53,305 bases of DNA from Caproiciproducens sp. (GTDB taxonomy: Bacteria; Bacillota; Clostridia; Oscillospirales; Acutalibacteraceae): the NCBI GenBank assembly GCA_036260545.1, contig DATAML010000048.1, positions 1 to 53,305 of the forward strand, given 5' to 3'. Shown here in pieces: positions 17,809 through 26,233 of the stretch; the first letter of the stretch is position 1, and each line of letters opens with the position of its first letter. The notes under the pieces are model-generated. The model was not told where the DNA came from and did not search any database. It saw nothing but the letters and a program-made list of their open reading frames with translations. The position numbers were made by a program, and so were the translations under genes.

Positions 17809-19152
17809 TTAATTGATTCTTACAATATTGTTTACCGCTGCGGACTGACTCATCGGTTTAGCTGTATAAATATCATTACACCGGTCATTGTAAATGTTAT
17901 AGCAGTTCTTGCCGCGGGATTTTGAGAAATACAGGGCCCGATCCGCTTTCTGATAAAGCTCGGTATATGTAGTGCCGTCCTGTGGGTAAAGCGATACGCC
18001 GATGCTGCCCGAAACGATGTAGCTGCTGTTTTCGCCAAGCTTAATGTCCTTGAACATATCGGAAATCATATCCAGCTTGTTAACCAGCGTGTTGAACGAA
18101 TTATAGTTGTTCATATAAATCAGGAATTCGTCGCCGCCGATTCTTCCCACAATATCCACGGGACGGAAAAGACCCGTAAGCTTTTCGCCTACCTGAGACA
18201 GTGTGGAATCGCCATGAATATGACCGAGCGTATCGTTAATCCTCTTGAAGTTGTCAATATCGATCATGATTACCGCGCCGGTATTCTGCGCTTTATCGCT
18301 GCTCAGCTGCGACTCAATCAGCGTCTGGGTAGCTTTCTTATTATAAAGGGTGGTCAGACCGTCTTTTTGCGACTGCCTCAGGATTTCGAGCTCCTGACGT
18401 TTGCGCTGGTCGATATTTTTAACATAGCCGATTACCTTTTCACTGTTGCTGCTGTTGTTGACAAGATGGATAACCGTAACAGCCATCCACTGGCTTTCTC
18501 CATTGGCCAGCTTCTGCCTGTATTCCAGATCGACCTCCGTAGTTCCTTCTTTGGTGAACAGCTCCAGCAGATGGGCCCGGCCGAGCGTATCCAGAAAGAT
18601 TTGCTTATCATCTTCAAAAATGGCATGGCTTGCGATGCTTTTTACGATTTCATCGTAAATTTCCGTCTTTAAAAACGGAAACGTATGGAAATATACTTCC
18701 TGGCCTGAAATCAATTTATTATGTGTTAAATCCGCCTCAAAAACTCTGTCACAGGTAAGTTCCAGAGCAGTGCGGTATATTTTTTCATTCTCATACAGCT
18801 GACTTTGCAGACTCCTGTTTTCTACAAGCTCTTCTGTTTGTTTTTCAACGATGCCCACGAATTGGTTATAGGATTTTGAAAGTTTTTTGAAGTCCTCATT
18901 GATATCATCGCACGAAAATCTTGCCCTATAATCGCCCTGAATTGCTCGGCGGATGGCGATAAGAAAGTCCTCCGAGGGCTTAATCAAAAAGTTCTGGAGC
19001 AGTAAAATCTGCGCGGCAATCAGGATAAGGAGGGGCAGGATCAACTTGTCCGGCGTAAATAGGTTTCTGGAAAATCCCTGCGTTTCTGTAAGCAGGATGA
19101 GCAGCGGAGGGATAAACGAAGCTGCTGCAAACCAATAACACTTATTTTTCAT
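17809..19152 (-). CDS. Membrane-anchored diguanylate cyclase (GGDEF domain, I-site present)
   Basis: Two N-terminal TM helices and a PAS-like middle region. The C-terminal sequence RPVDIVGRIGGDEFLIY carries GGDEF with RxxD five residues upstream. ATG at 19152 after GGAGG (19161-19165 complement). Confidence 0.85.
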   Translation of the reverse strand: MKNKCYWFAAASFIPPLLILLTETQGFSRNLFTPDKLILPLLILIAAQILLLQNFLIKPSEDFLIAIRRAIQGDYRARFSCDDINEDFKKLSKSYNQFVGIVEKQTEELVENRSLQSQLYENEKIYRTALELTCDRVFEADLTHNKLISGQEVYFHTFPFLKTEIYDEIVKSIASHAIFEDDKQIFLDTLGRAHLLELFTKEGTTEVDLEYRQKLANGESQWMAVTVIHLVNNSSNSEKVIGYVKNIDQRKRQELEILRQSQKDGLTTLYNKKATQTLIESQLSSDKAQNTGAVIMIDIDNFKRINDTLGHIHGDSTLSQVGEKLTGLFRPVDIVGRIGGDEFLIYMNNYNSFNTLVNKLDMISDMFKDIKLGENSSYIVSGSIGVSLYPQDGTTYTELYQKADRALYFSKSRGKNCYNIYNDRCNDIYTAKPMSQSAAVNNIVRIN

Positions 19153-19177
19153 AGGACCAACCTCCAATCTCATTATG

Positions 19178-19294
19178 ACCCTGGGGCAGAATCCCAGAAG
19201 GCCATAATCTGTGCAGCCGGCTGGCAAGCTTTTTAAAGCGTAGCCCCTTGGCTTTGCGTCCCTGCCTTTCGACAGGTTTGCCTTTTTACAGGAT
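19178..19294 (-). promoter_or_regulatory. c-di-GMP-I (GEMM-I) riboswitch aptamer in the 5' UTR of the GGDEF gene
   Basis: The minus-strand RNA reads AUCCUGUAAAAAGGCAAACCUGUCGAAAGGCAGGGACGCAAAGCCAAGGGGC...GCCCCAGGGU. The core GGCAAACC-NNNN-GAAA-NNNN-GGGACGCAAAGCC is the same as in the V. cholerae Vc2 aptamer. The CCUGUC/GGCAGG stem is capped by a GAAA tetraloop. P1 can form as AUCCUG/CAGGGU and P3 can be closed by GGGGC/GCCCC. The interior of P3 is long and I could not fold it confidently. Confidence 0.7.
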
Positions 19295-19322
19295 ATGGTA
19301 GGAAATATAAATCTTATAAAAA

Positions 19323-19351
19323 ATTATACATCATATTTAGGATATTTTCAA
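19323..19351 (-). promoter_or_regulatory. Sigma-A type promoter driving the riboswitch-GGDEF transcript
   Basis: Minus strand: TTGAAA (19351-19346), a 17-nt spacer, then TATAAT (19328-19323). Confidence 0.55.
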
Positions 19352-19396
19352 GAAATTCTATGGAAAGAAAACAAAAATAATTAACAAATATTGCCT

Positions 19397-20683
19397 TTAT
19401 TTTTCTAAATTTCCATGAGTGGAAAGTTTTTCTTTTGCTACCGCCAGCATGAGTTTAATCCTGTTTTCCTGATTTACTCTGGTTGCGCTCGGGTCGTAAT
19501 CGATCGGCACAATGTTCGCGCGCTGGTTCACAGCCTTGATGCGGTGGATCATGCCCTTTCCGCAGATATGGTTCGGCAGGCATCCAAAGGGTTGCGTGCA
19601 GACCACGTTTTCATACCCCTGTTCCACCAGCTCCAGCATTTCCGCGGTAAGGAGCCAGCCTTCGCCCATTTTGTTGCCGTAGCCGATTACGTTTTTCACT
19701 AGGCCTTTGGTGTGGGCATAGGGAGTGGGGGCCAGAAATACCGGCTGGGTTTTTACGGCCTCTATCAGGATATTCTGCATTTTCAGCAGATAGTCCATCA
19801 ATGCCTTTACAATCGCAAATTTAGCGGGATTTCCTCCGTAAAGCTTAATGTCCTCCAGACGGTTGTCCACCTTGAACAGGGCAAAATTCATGATTCCCGG
19901 CACGTTCACTTCGCAGTCCTGCTCACGCAGAAAGTCCTCCAGATGATTGTTGCCGAGCGCGGAGTATTTCACATAGATTTCGCCTACAACGCCCACCTTG
20001 ATTTTGGGGACTTTATTGATTTTGATTCCGGCAAAGTCCGCCGTGATGGCATTTAAGTTTTGTTTCAAGTCTTTCAGCGAAAGGCCCTTTCCCTCATTGA
20101 ATAATTCCGTAAGGCGGTTGATCCATTTTTTAACGGTTTCGCCGCTTTCGCCCTTCTTGATCTCATAGGCTTCGGTCTGGTTATACAGCAGCATCAGCGC
20201 ATCACCGTAAACCAGCGCTGCGACAAACTTCCTCAGCATGGGCAGGGTAAGCTGGAACCCCGGGTTCCTTTCCAGCCCGGACATATTCAGGGATACCACC
20301 GGAACCTGTTCCAGCCCGGCTTTTTTCAGCGCTTTTCTTAAAAGATGGATATAATTCGAAGCGCGGCAGCCGCCGCCCGTCTGGGTAATGATCAGTGCGG
20401 TGCTGTCCAGGTCATATTTTCCGGAGTGCAGCGCGTCGATAAACTGCCCGATGACCAGCAGGGCGGGGTAGCAGGTGTCGTTATGGACGTATTTCAGGCC
20501 TTCCTGCACGACGTTTGGGCCGTCGTTAGTCAAAAGCTCCACATGATAGCCGCAGTTTTTCAGGACGTTGACGATCAGTTTAAAATGAATCGGAGCCATC
20601 ATAGGGCAGAGGATGGTATATTCTTTTTTCATCTCTTTGGTAAAAAGCAGCCGTCCGTTCTTGCTGAATTTCAGTTCCGCCAT
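19397..20683 (-). CDS. 2-hydroxyacyl-CoA dehydratase / double-cubane-cluster-protein-like Fe-S subunit
   Basis: Family-typical Cys-containing motifs are present: TILCPMM, NDTCYPA, TGGGCRASNY and VCTQPFGCLPNHICGKG. The ATG at 20683 lies 10 nt after the upstream stop and is preceded by GAGGTGGAG. Confidence 0.8.
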   Translation of the reverse strand: MAELKFSKNGRLLFTKEMKKEYTILCPMMAPIHFKLIVNVLKNCGYHVELLTNDGPNVVQEGLKYVHNDTCYPALLVIGQFIDALHSGKYDLDSTALIITQTGGGCRASNYIHLLRKALKKAGLEQVPVVSLNMSGLERNPGFQLTLPMLRKFVAALVYGDALMLLYNQTEAYEIKKGESGETVKKWINRLTELFNEGKGLSLKDLKQNLNAITADFAGIKINKVPKIKVGVVGEIYVKYSALGNNHLEDFLREQDCEVNVPGIMNFALFKVDNRLEDIKLYGGNPAKFAIVKALMDYLLKMQNILIEAVKTQPVFLAPTPYAHTKGLVKNVIGYGNKMGEGWLLTAEMLELVEQGYENVVCTQPFGCLPNHICGKGMIHRIKAVNQRANIVPIDYDPSATRVNQENRIKLMLAVAKEKLSTHGNLEK

Positions 20684-20693
20684 GCGCTCCACC

Positions 20694-23588
20694 TCATTCT
20701 TCCAGTGCGGCAAACAGGCTGCGGAGCCTGATTTTCACCGCGCCAAGGTTTGTAATTTCATCAATCTTAATCTGTGTATAAATTTTATTGTTTTCTTCCA
20801 GTATGCCGCGCACTTCGTCCGTTGTGATCGCGTCGACGCCGCAACCGAATGAAACGAGCTGAACAAGGTTCATGTTCGGCTTATCGCCGATGTATTTTGC
20901 CGCGGCGTAAAGCCGTGCGTGATAAGTCCACTGGTTCAGTACCGTGGTCGGAAAGCGCGTTACCTTGCAGCTGACGACATCTTCCGAAATGACCGCCGCG
21001 CCGAGGCTGGTAATGAGCTTGTCAATCCCGTGGTTGATTTCGGGGTCAAGATGGTACGGCCTGCCGCTCAGCACGATAATCTGCCGGTTCTGTCGGTTGG
21101 CTTCGGCAATAATCTCGTCGCCCTTTTCACGAATTTTTGCAAAGTAGCTTTCATATTCGGCATAAGCGGCCTTTGCGGCCTGTCTTACTTCGGTCAGGGA
21201 AATCCCGTCAAAGTATTTCAGCAGTATTTTATGCATTTTAATCGGAAAATCATGCTTGCGGTGAATACCCACATAGTCATGGATAAAATTGCAGCCCTTC
21301 AGCGCGCTCGTATTGGCGGAAATGACCTCCGGATAGTATGCGACAACCGGGCAGTTGTAATGATTGTCGCTCAGTCCCTCGTCAAAATTGTAGGACATGC
21401 AGGGGTAAAAGATATTTTTGATGCCTTCCTCAATCAGAGCCAGCACATGACCGTGCATCAGCTTTGCGGGGAAACAGACCGTGTCGGAAGGAATCGTGCT
21501 TTGTCCGTCAATATACAGTTCTCTGCTTGACATAGGGGAGAGAACGACTTCAAAACCCAGCTTTGTTAAAAAGGTGTGCCAGAACGGCAGCAGCTCGTAA
21601 AAATTCAGCCCCATCGGAATACCGATTTTCCCCCTTGGGCCTTCCTGCGGCTGATAGGAACGCAGCGTCTCCAGCTTGTAGGAATACAGGTTCAGTTCGC
21701 TGTCGGAGGAACGTTTGGTAACCGGCTTTTCACAGCGGTTTCCGCCGATGAAACGGCGGCTGCCCCCGAAGACATTGATAGTAAGGCGGCAGTGGTTGCT
21801 GCACATGCCGCAGGAGGTAACCTTCACCTCGTGCTTGAAGTTTTCCAGCTCCTCTTTGCCGATGATCGTACTTTTCCCGGTCGATCTGCTCATGGCGTAC
21901 AGCGCCGCGCCGTAGGCGCCCATCAGGCCGGAAATATCCGGGCGAAGAACATGGATGCCGAGTTCGTTTTCAAAAACACGCAGTACGGCGTCGTTCAGGA
22001 ATGTTCCCCCTTGAACCACAACGTTTCTGCCGAGCTCTTCCGCGGAAGCGGCGCGGATTACCTTATAGATCGCGTTTTTCACCACGCTTACGGACAGACC
22101 GGCCGAGATGTCCTCGGTCGTCGCGCCGTCCTTCTGTGCCTGCTTGACCTGGGAATTCATGAACACCGTGCAGCGGGAGCCCAGATCAACCGGGTTCCGC
22201 GCAAACAGCCCCAGCTTGGCGAAATCCTCAATGCTGTAGCCGAGCGTATTGGCAAAGGTCTGCAGGAACGAGCCGCAGCCGGAGGAGCAGGCCTCGTTCA
22301 GAAAAATGTTGTCGATTGCCCCGTTGCGGATTTTAAAACATTTCATATCCTGTCCGCCGATATCGATGACAAAGTCAACGTTGGGCATAAAGTGCTTCGC
22401 CGCCGTAAAATGGGCGATGGTTTCAACAATGCCGAAGTCGATGCTGAACGCGTTTTTCAGCAGCTCTTCGCCGTAGCCGGTAACGGCTCCCGCGGAGATC
22501 TGTATATTGGGAAAACGGTTGTATAAACCGATGAGATATTCCTGAAAAATGGGAATGGGATTACCGGAATTGTTGCGGTAGATGGAATCCAGAACCTCGC
22601 CGCTTTTCCCGATCAGCACGGCTTTCACCGTGGTGGAACCGGCATCGATTCCGAGAAATGCTTCCCCGCGGTAGTGTTCCGCGTCGCCCTTGGGCACTTG
22701 GCAGGCGGCGTGGCGCTTTACGAATTCGTCGTAGTCCGCCTGATTTTCAAACAGCGGCGGAATCGAAAGAAAGCTTGCTTTTGTGCCGTAGGTGTCGATA
22801 CTTTTCAGCGCGGTATCCAGATCGATTTCGTCCATGCTGTTCAGGGCCGCGCCCATCGCAACATAGTAAAGGGAATTTTCCGGGCAGACGCCTTCTACCT
22901 TCAGCGCCTGGTCAAAGCTGTAGCGCAGCTGTGATAAAAAGGTAAGCGGGCCGCCAAGGTAGATCACATTTCCGCCGATCCTGCGTCCCTGCGCCAGACC
23001 CGCAATAGTCTGGTTGGCAACGGCGGCGAAGATGCTGGCCGAAATATCACTTTTTCGCGCGCCCTGGTTCAGCAGCGGCTGAATATCGGATTTTGCAAAC
23101 ACGCCGCAGCGTGAGGCAATTGTATAGATTTTTTCATACTGCTCGGCAAGCGTATTCATATCGTCCAGCGAAATATTCAAAAGAGTTGCCATCTGGTCGA
23201 TAAACGCCCCGGTGCCGCCCGCGCAGGAACCGTTCATGCGCACCTCGGTGCCGCCGGAAAGGAACAGAATTTTTGCGTCCTCGCCGCCGAGTTCGATGAT
23301 GACGTCCGCATCCGGGATCAGCTTGCCGATGGCGATGCGCGTTGCATAAACTTCCTGAACGAAGGGAAGGCCGCAGGTCTGCGAAATCCCCATGCCCGCG
23401 GAACCGGAAACCGTAAGGCGTGCGCTTTCCCCATGAATGACCTCATCCTTTACTTTTTGAAGAAGCTCGGCCATCTTTTGTGTGATTTGGGAAAAATGCC
23501 GCTCATACGATTTATAAATAATTTGATTGCTGTCATCCAGCACTACACACTTAATGGTAGTGGAACCGACATCCAAACCAATTTTCAT
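20694..23588 (-). CDS. Fusion protein: two tandem BcrAD/BadFG-type activase ATPase domains plus a C-terminal dehydratase-like (DUF2229-type) domain
   Basis: Two actin-fold ATPase starts are present: KIGLDVGSTTIK near the N-terminus and FLGIDAGSTTVKAV at about residue 310. Each is followed by a GGEDAK/GGQDMK-type segment. The C-terminal roughly 400 aa carries a CGMCSNHC cluster motif plus CFPAKL and SFGCGVDA. Confidence 0.85.
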   Translation of the reverse strand: MKIGLDVGSTTIKCVVLDDSNQIIYKSYERHFSQITQKMAELLQKVKDEVIHGESARLTVSGSAGMGISQTCGLPFVQEVYATRIAIGKLIPDADVIIELGGEDAKILFLSGGTEVRMNGSCAGGTGAFIDQMATLLNISLDDMNTLAEQYEKIYTIASRCGVFAKSDIQPLLNQGARKSDISASIFAAVANQTIAGLAQGRRIGGNVIYLGGPLTFLSQLRYSFDQALKVEGVCPENSLYYVAMGAALNSMDEIDLDTALKSIDTYGTKASFLSIPPLFENQADYDEFVKRHAACQVPKGDAEHYRGEAFLGIDAGSTTVKAVLIGKSGEVLDSIYRNNSGNPIPIFQEYLIGLYNRFPNIQISAGAVTGYGEELLKNAFSIDFGIVETIAHFTAAKHFMPNVDFVIDIGGQDMKCFKIRNGAIDNIFLNEACSSGCGSFLQTFANTLGYSIEDFAKLGLFARNPVDLGSRCTVFMNSQVKQAQKDGATTEDISAGLSVSVVKNAIYKVIRAASAEELGRNVVVQGGTFLNDAVLRVFENELGIHVLRPDISGLMGAYGAALYAMSRSTGKSTIIGKEELENFKHEVKVTSCGMCSNHCRLTINVFGGSRRFIGGNRCEKPVTKRSSDSELNLYSYKLETLRSYQPQEGPRGKIGIPMGLNFYELLPFWHTFLTKLGFEVVLSPMSSRELYIDGQSTIPSDTVCFPAKLMHGHVLALIEEGIKNIFYPCMSYNFDEGLSDNHYNCPVVAYYPEVISANTSALKGCNFIHDYVGIHRKHDFPIKMHKILLKYFDGISLTEVRQAAKAAYAEYESYFAKIREKGDEIIAEANRQNRQIIVLSGRPYHLDPEINHGIDKLITSLGAAVISEDVVSCKVTRFPTTVLNQWTYHARLYAAAKYIGDKPNMNLVQLVSFGCGVDAITTDEVRGILEENNKIYTQIKIDEITNLGAVKIRLRSLFAALEE

Positions 23589-23694
23589 AGAATTAACCGC
23601 CGTTTCTGATATATTATGACAACGCTAATAACTTATTTTAATTCAACTATATGTTAAAAGTCAAGCCATTCAAGATTAAATCCAACATTATCTA

Positions 23695-23723
23695 TTGTTA
23701 TTCCCATACTCAGATGTTAAAAT
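23695..23723 (+). promoter_or_regulatory. Sigma-A type promoter for pyrB
   Basis: TTGTTA (23695-23700), a 17-nt spacer, then TAAAAT (23718-23723). Confidence 0.5.
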
Positions 23724-23759
23724 AGATATCAAAAAACAGGGAATGGGCAAGGTGATTCG

Positions 23760-24833
23760 ATGCAGTTAAACAGTCTCATCGATTTGGACCAGCTTTCGCT
23801 CGAAGAAATAGACGAGCTGATCAAGCTGACCAATACAATTAAAAGCAACCCGTGGGCATACAGTGAATCCTGCCGGGGAAAGGTTATGGCGACGCTTTTT
23901 TACGAGCCGTCCACGAGGACGAAAATGTCATTTCAGACCGCAATGTACCGGCTGGGCGGCCAGATTATCGGGTTTGACAATCCGGAAAATTCCTCCGTTT
24001 CAAAGGGCGAAAGTCTGAAGGATACCATCACCGTTGTAAGCGGTTACGCCGACATCATTGTTATGCGCAACCCGATGGAGGGTGCGGCGACGGCGGCTAC
24101 CCTGTATTCCAAATCTCCGATTATCAACGCGGGCGACGGCGGCCACCTGCATCCGACGCAGACCCTCACGGACCTTGTGACGCTTTATAATGAAAAGGGC
24201 CGCCTTGACCATTTGTGCATCGGGCTTTGCGGCGACCTGAAATTCGGCCGCACTGTCCATTCGCTTATCAAGACGATGACGCGCTACCCCGGCAATTCCT
24301 TTGTGCTTGTTTCCACGCCGGAGCTTGCGCTCCCACAGTACGTCAAGGATGTAATGGACGCCGCCGGCTGCAGCTATACCGAGATCACCAGTTTAAGCAA
24401 GGCAATGCCGCTGCTGGACGTGCTTTACATGACGCGGATTCAGAAGGAACGCTTTGCAAGCGAAAAGCAGTACGAAGAGCAGAAGGGTGTTTTTGTTCTG
24501 GATTCCCAAAAGCTCAGTCTTGGCAAAAAGGACTTGCGGATTCTTCATCCGCTGCCGCGCGTCGATGAAATTACAGTGGATATTGACGACGATGAGCGAG
24601 CAAAATATTTTGATCAGACTGTTTACGGCATGTATGCCCGCATGGCGCTGATCTTAACCATCCTGCAGAACGCCTCCATTCCCCGAAAAAGGAAAACGCC
24701 CAAAACTACCCATCCCTGCAAGTGTTCCAATCCGAAATGCATCACCCAGACCGAGCATTACCTTCCGAATTTATTTACAGAGGCCGGTGATATGCTTGAA
24801 TGCAGATACTGCGATGGCAGGACGCTCATCTGA
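23760..24833 (+). CDS. pyrB: Aspartate carbamoyltransferase catalytic chain fused to a C-terminal PyrI-type zinc domain
   Basis: ATCase motifs are present: EPSTRTK, HPTQ and HPLPRVDEI. After a basic linker, the last roughly 40 aa read KCSNPKCITQTEHY...LECRYCDGR. This C-x4-C...C-x2-C pattern matches the regulatory-chain zinc domain. Confidence 0.88.
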   Translation: MQLNSLIDLDQLSLEEIDELIKLTNTIKSNPWAYSESCRGKVMATLFYEPSTRTKMSFQTAMYRLGGQIIGFDNPENSSVSKGESLKDTITVVSGYADIIVMRNPMEGAATAATLYSKSPIINAGDGGHLHPTQTLTDLVTLYNEKGRLDHLCIGLCGDLKFGRTVHSLIKTMTRYPGNSFVLVSTPELALPQYVKDVMDAAGCSYTEITSLSKAMPLLDVLYMTRIQKERFASEKQYEEQKGVFVLDSQKLSLGKKDLRILHPLPRVDEITVDIDDDERAKYFDQTVYGMYARMALILTILQNASIPRKRKTPKTTHPCKCSNPKCITQTEHYLPNLFTEAGDMLECRYCDGRTLI

Positions 24834-25404
24834 GAAAAAGCTGATTCTTGTGCTGTTCGGCTCGCCCCATAAAAACGGGTTTACCGCCCAGCTGCTGAAT
24901 GATTTTTTAGCGCCGCTGGAGTCCGCGGCTGAAATTCGAATCATTAGCGCGTACGAGAGCACGGTCGCGCCGTGCATCGACTGCGGCGCCTGCTCCAGGG
25001 GAGAAACCTGTTCGCAGCGCGATTTTGATTTTCTTGATTCGCTTTTTCGCCGCGCGGACGTCATCGTGGTGGCCACGCCGGTGTACAGCCTCAGTTTTCC
25101 CGCTCCGCTGAAAGCCATTGTTGACCGTACGCAAAGATACTTTGCCGCCCGCTTCTCGCTCGGTGTGAAGCCGCCGATACAAAAGCATAAAAAAGCGGTG
25201 CTGCTTGTTACGGGCGGGTCAAAAAATACGCAGGGCGCGGAGATTATGGCGCGCCAGCTCAGAATGATTTTCTCCGTAATGAATACGACGCTTGATAACG
25301 AAGTGGTATGGACGGATACGGACGCAGACAGGGGCAGGGACACCTATGAGGCTGCGCGGGAACGCGCCCGCAAGCTGGCGCTTGCTATCAAATGTGAATT
25401 GTGA
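24814..25404 (+). CDS. Iron-sulfur flavoprotein / NADPH-dependent FMN reductase-like (flavodoxin fold)
   Basis: LILVLFGSPHKNGFT is a flavodoxin-like P-loop. CIDCGACSRGETC is the compact C-x2-C-x2-C-x5-C motif of Isf-type proteins. The start is ambiguous (24787 or 24814), and both overlap the pyrB 3' end. Confidence 0.75.
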   Translation: MAGRSSEKKLILVLFGSPHKNGFTAQLLNDFLAPLESAAEIRIISAYESTVAPCIDCGACSRGETCSQRDFDFLDSLFRRADVIVVATPVYSLSFPAPLKAIVDRTQRYFAARFSLGVKPPIQKHKKAVLLVTGGSKNTQGAEIMARQLRMIFSVMNTTLDNEVVWTDTDADRGRDTYEAARERARKLALAIKCEL

Positions 25405-25444
25405 TACAATTAAACATAGCATTATTATTTGGGAGGACTAATTT

Positions 25445-26191
25445 ATGTCAGGCCATTCAAAATGGAATAATATTAAAAGGAAAAAAGAAAAGACAGACGG
25501 GGCAAAGGCAAAAGTATTTACAAAAATAGGTCGTGAGCTTGCTGTAGCGGTTAAGGAAGGCGGCGGCCCGGACCCGAACGCCAACTCAAAGCTGAAGGAC
25601 TGCATTGCTAAGGCAAAAGCCGCCAATGTGCCGAACGATAATATTGAGCGCATCATTAAGAAGGCGGCCGGAGACGGTGACGACACAAAATACGAAAATA
25701 TTACATATGAAGGATACGGCCCGAACGGAATTGCGGTTATCGTAGAGACTTTGACCGACAATCGAAACCGTACTGCCGGCGATGTCCGCCACTATTTTGA
25801 CAAGTTCGGCGGAAATCTCGGTACTACCGGCTGCGTATCCTTTATGTTTGCGCAAAAGGGCGTCCTTATCATTGAAAAAGAAGGCTATGAAGAGGACAAA
25901 GTCATGGAGGACTGCCTGGAAGCCGGCGCGTCCGATTTTCAGGCCGATGAGGATGTCTTTGAGATTTACACCGAGCCGGACGATTTCAGCGCCGTGCTGG
26001 AGGACCTTGAAAAGAAGGGGTATGAATTCGAATCAGCAGAGGTCGAAATGGTGCCGAATACCTATACCGCTTTGACGGATGAAGACGCGATTACCAAGAT
26101 GCAGCGTCTGCTCGACGCGCTGGACGACAACGACGATGTGCAGAATGTTTGGCACAATTGGGATAATCCGGATTCGGACGGCCAAGAATAA
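25445..26191 (+). CDS. yebC: YebC/PmpR-family DNA-binding regulator
   Basis: MSGHSKWNNIKRKKEKTDGAKAKVFTKIGRELAVAVKEGGGPDPNANSKL is the canonical N-terminus. Confidence 0.95.
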   Translation: MSGHSKWNNIKRKKEKTDGAKAKVFTKIGRELAVAVKEGGGPDPNANSKLKDCIAKAKAANVPNDNIERIIKKAAGDGDDTKYENITYEGYGPNGIAVIVETLTDNRNRTAGDVRHYFDKFGGNLGTTGCVSFMFAQKGVLIIEKEGYEEDKVMEDCLEAGASDFQADEDVFEIYTEPDDFSAVLEDLEKKGYEFESAEVEMVPNTYTALTDEDAITKMQRLLDALDDNDDVQNVWHNWDNPDSDGQE

Positions 26192-26233
26192 TAGAAAGTT
26201 TTTCCATATTTTACGGAACATGGAGGAAGCATA

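Noticed and set aside
23589-23759. A PyrR-binding attenuator or other riboswitch upstream of pyrB.
   Set aside because: I could not find the PyrR loop consensus (ARUCCAGAGAGGYU-like), any terminator/antiterminator pair, or a U-tract. The region is simply AT-rich with a TTGTTA-17-TAAAAT promoter.
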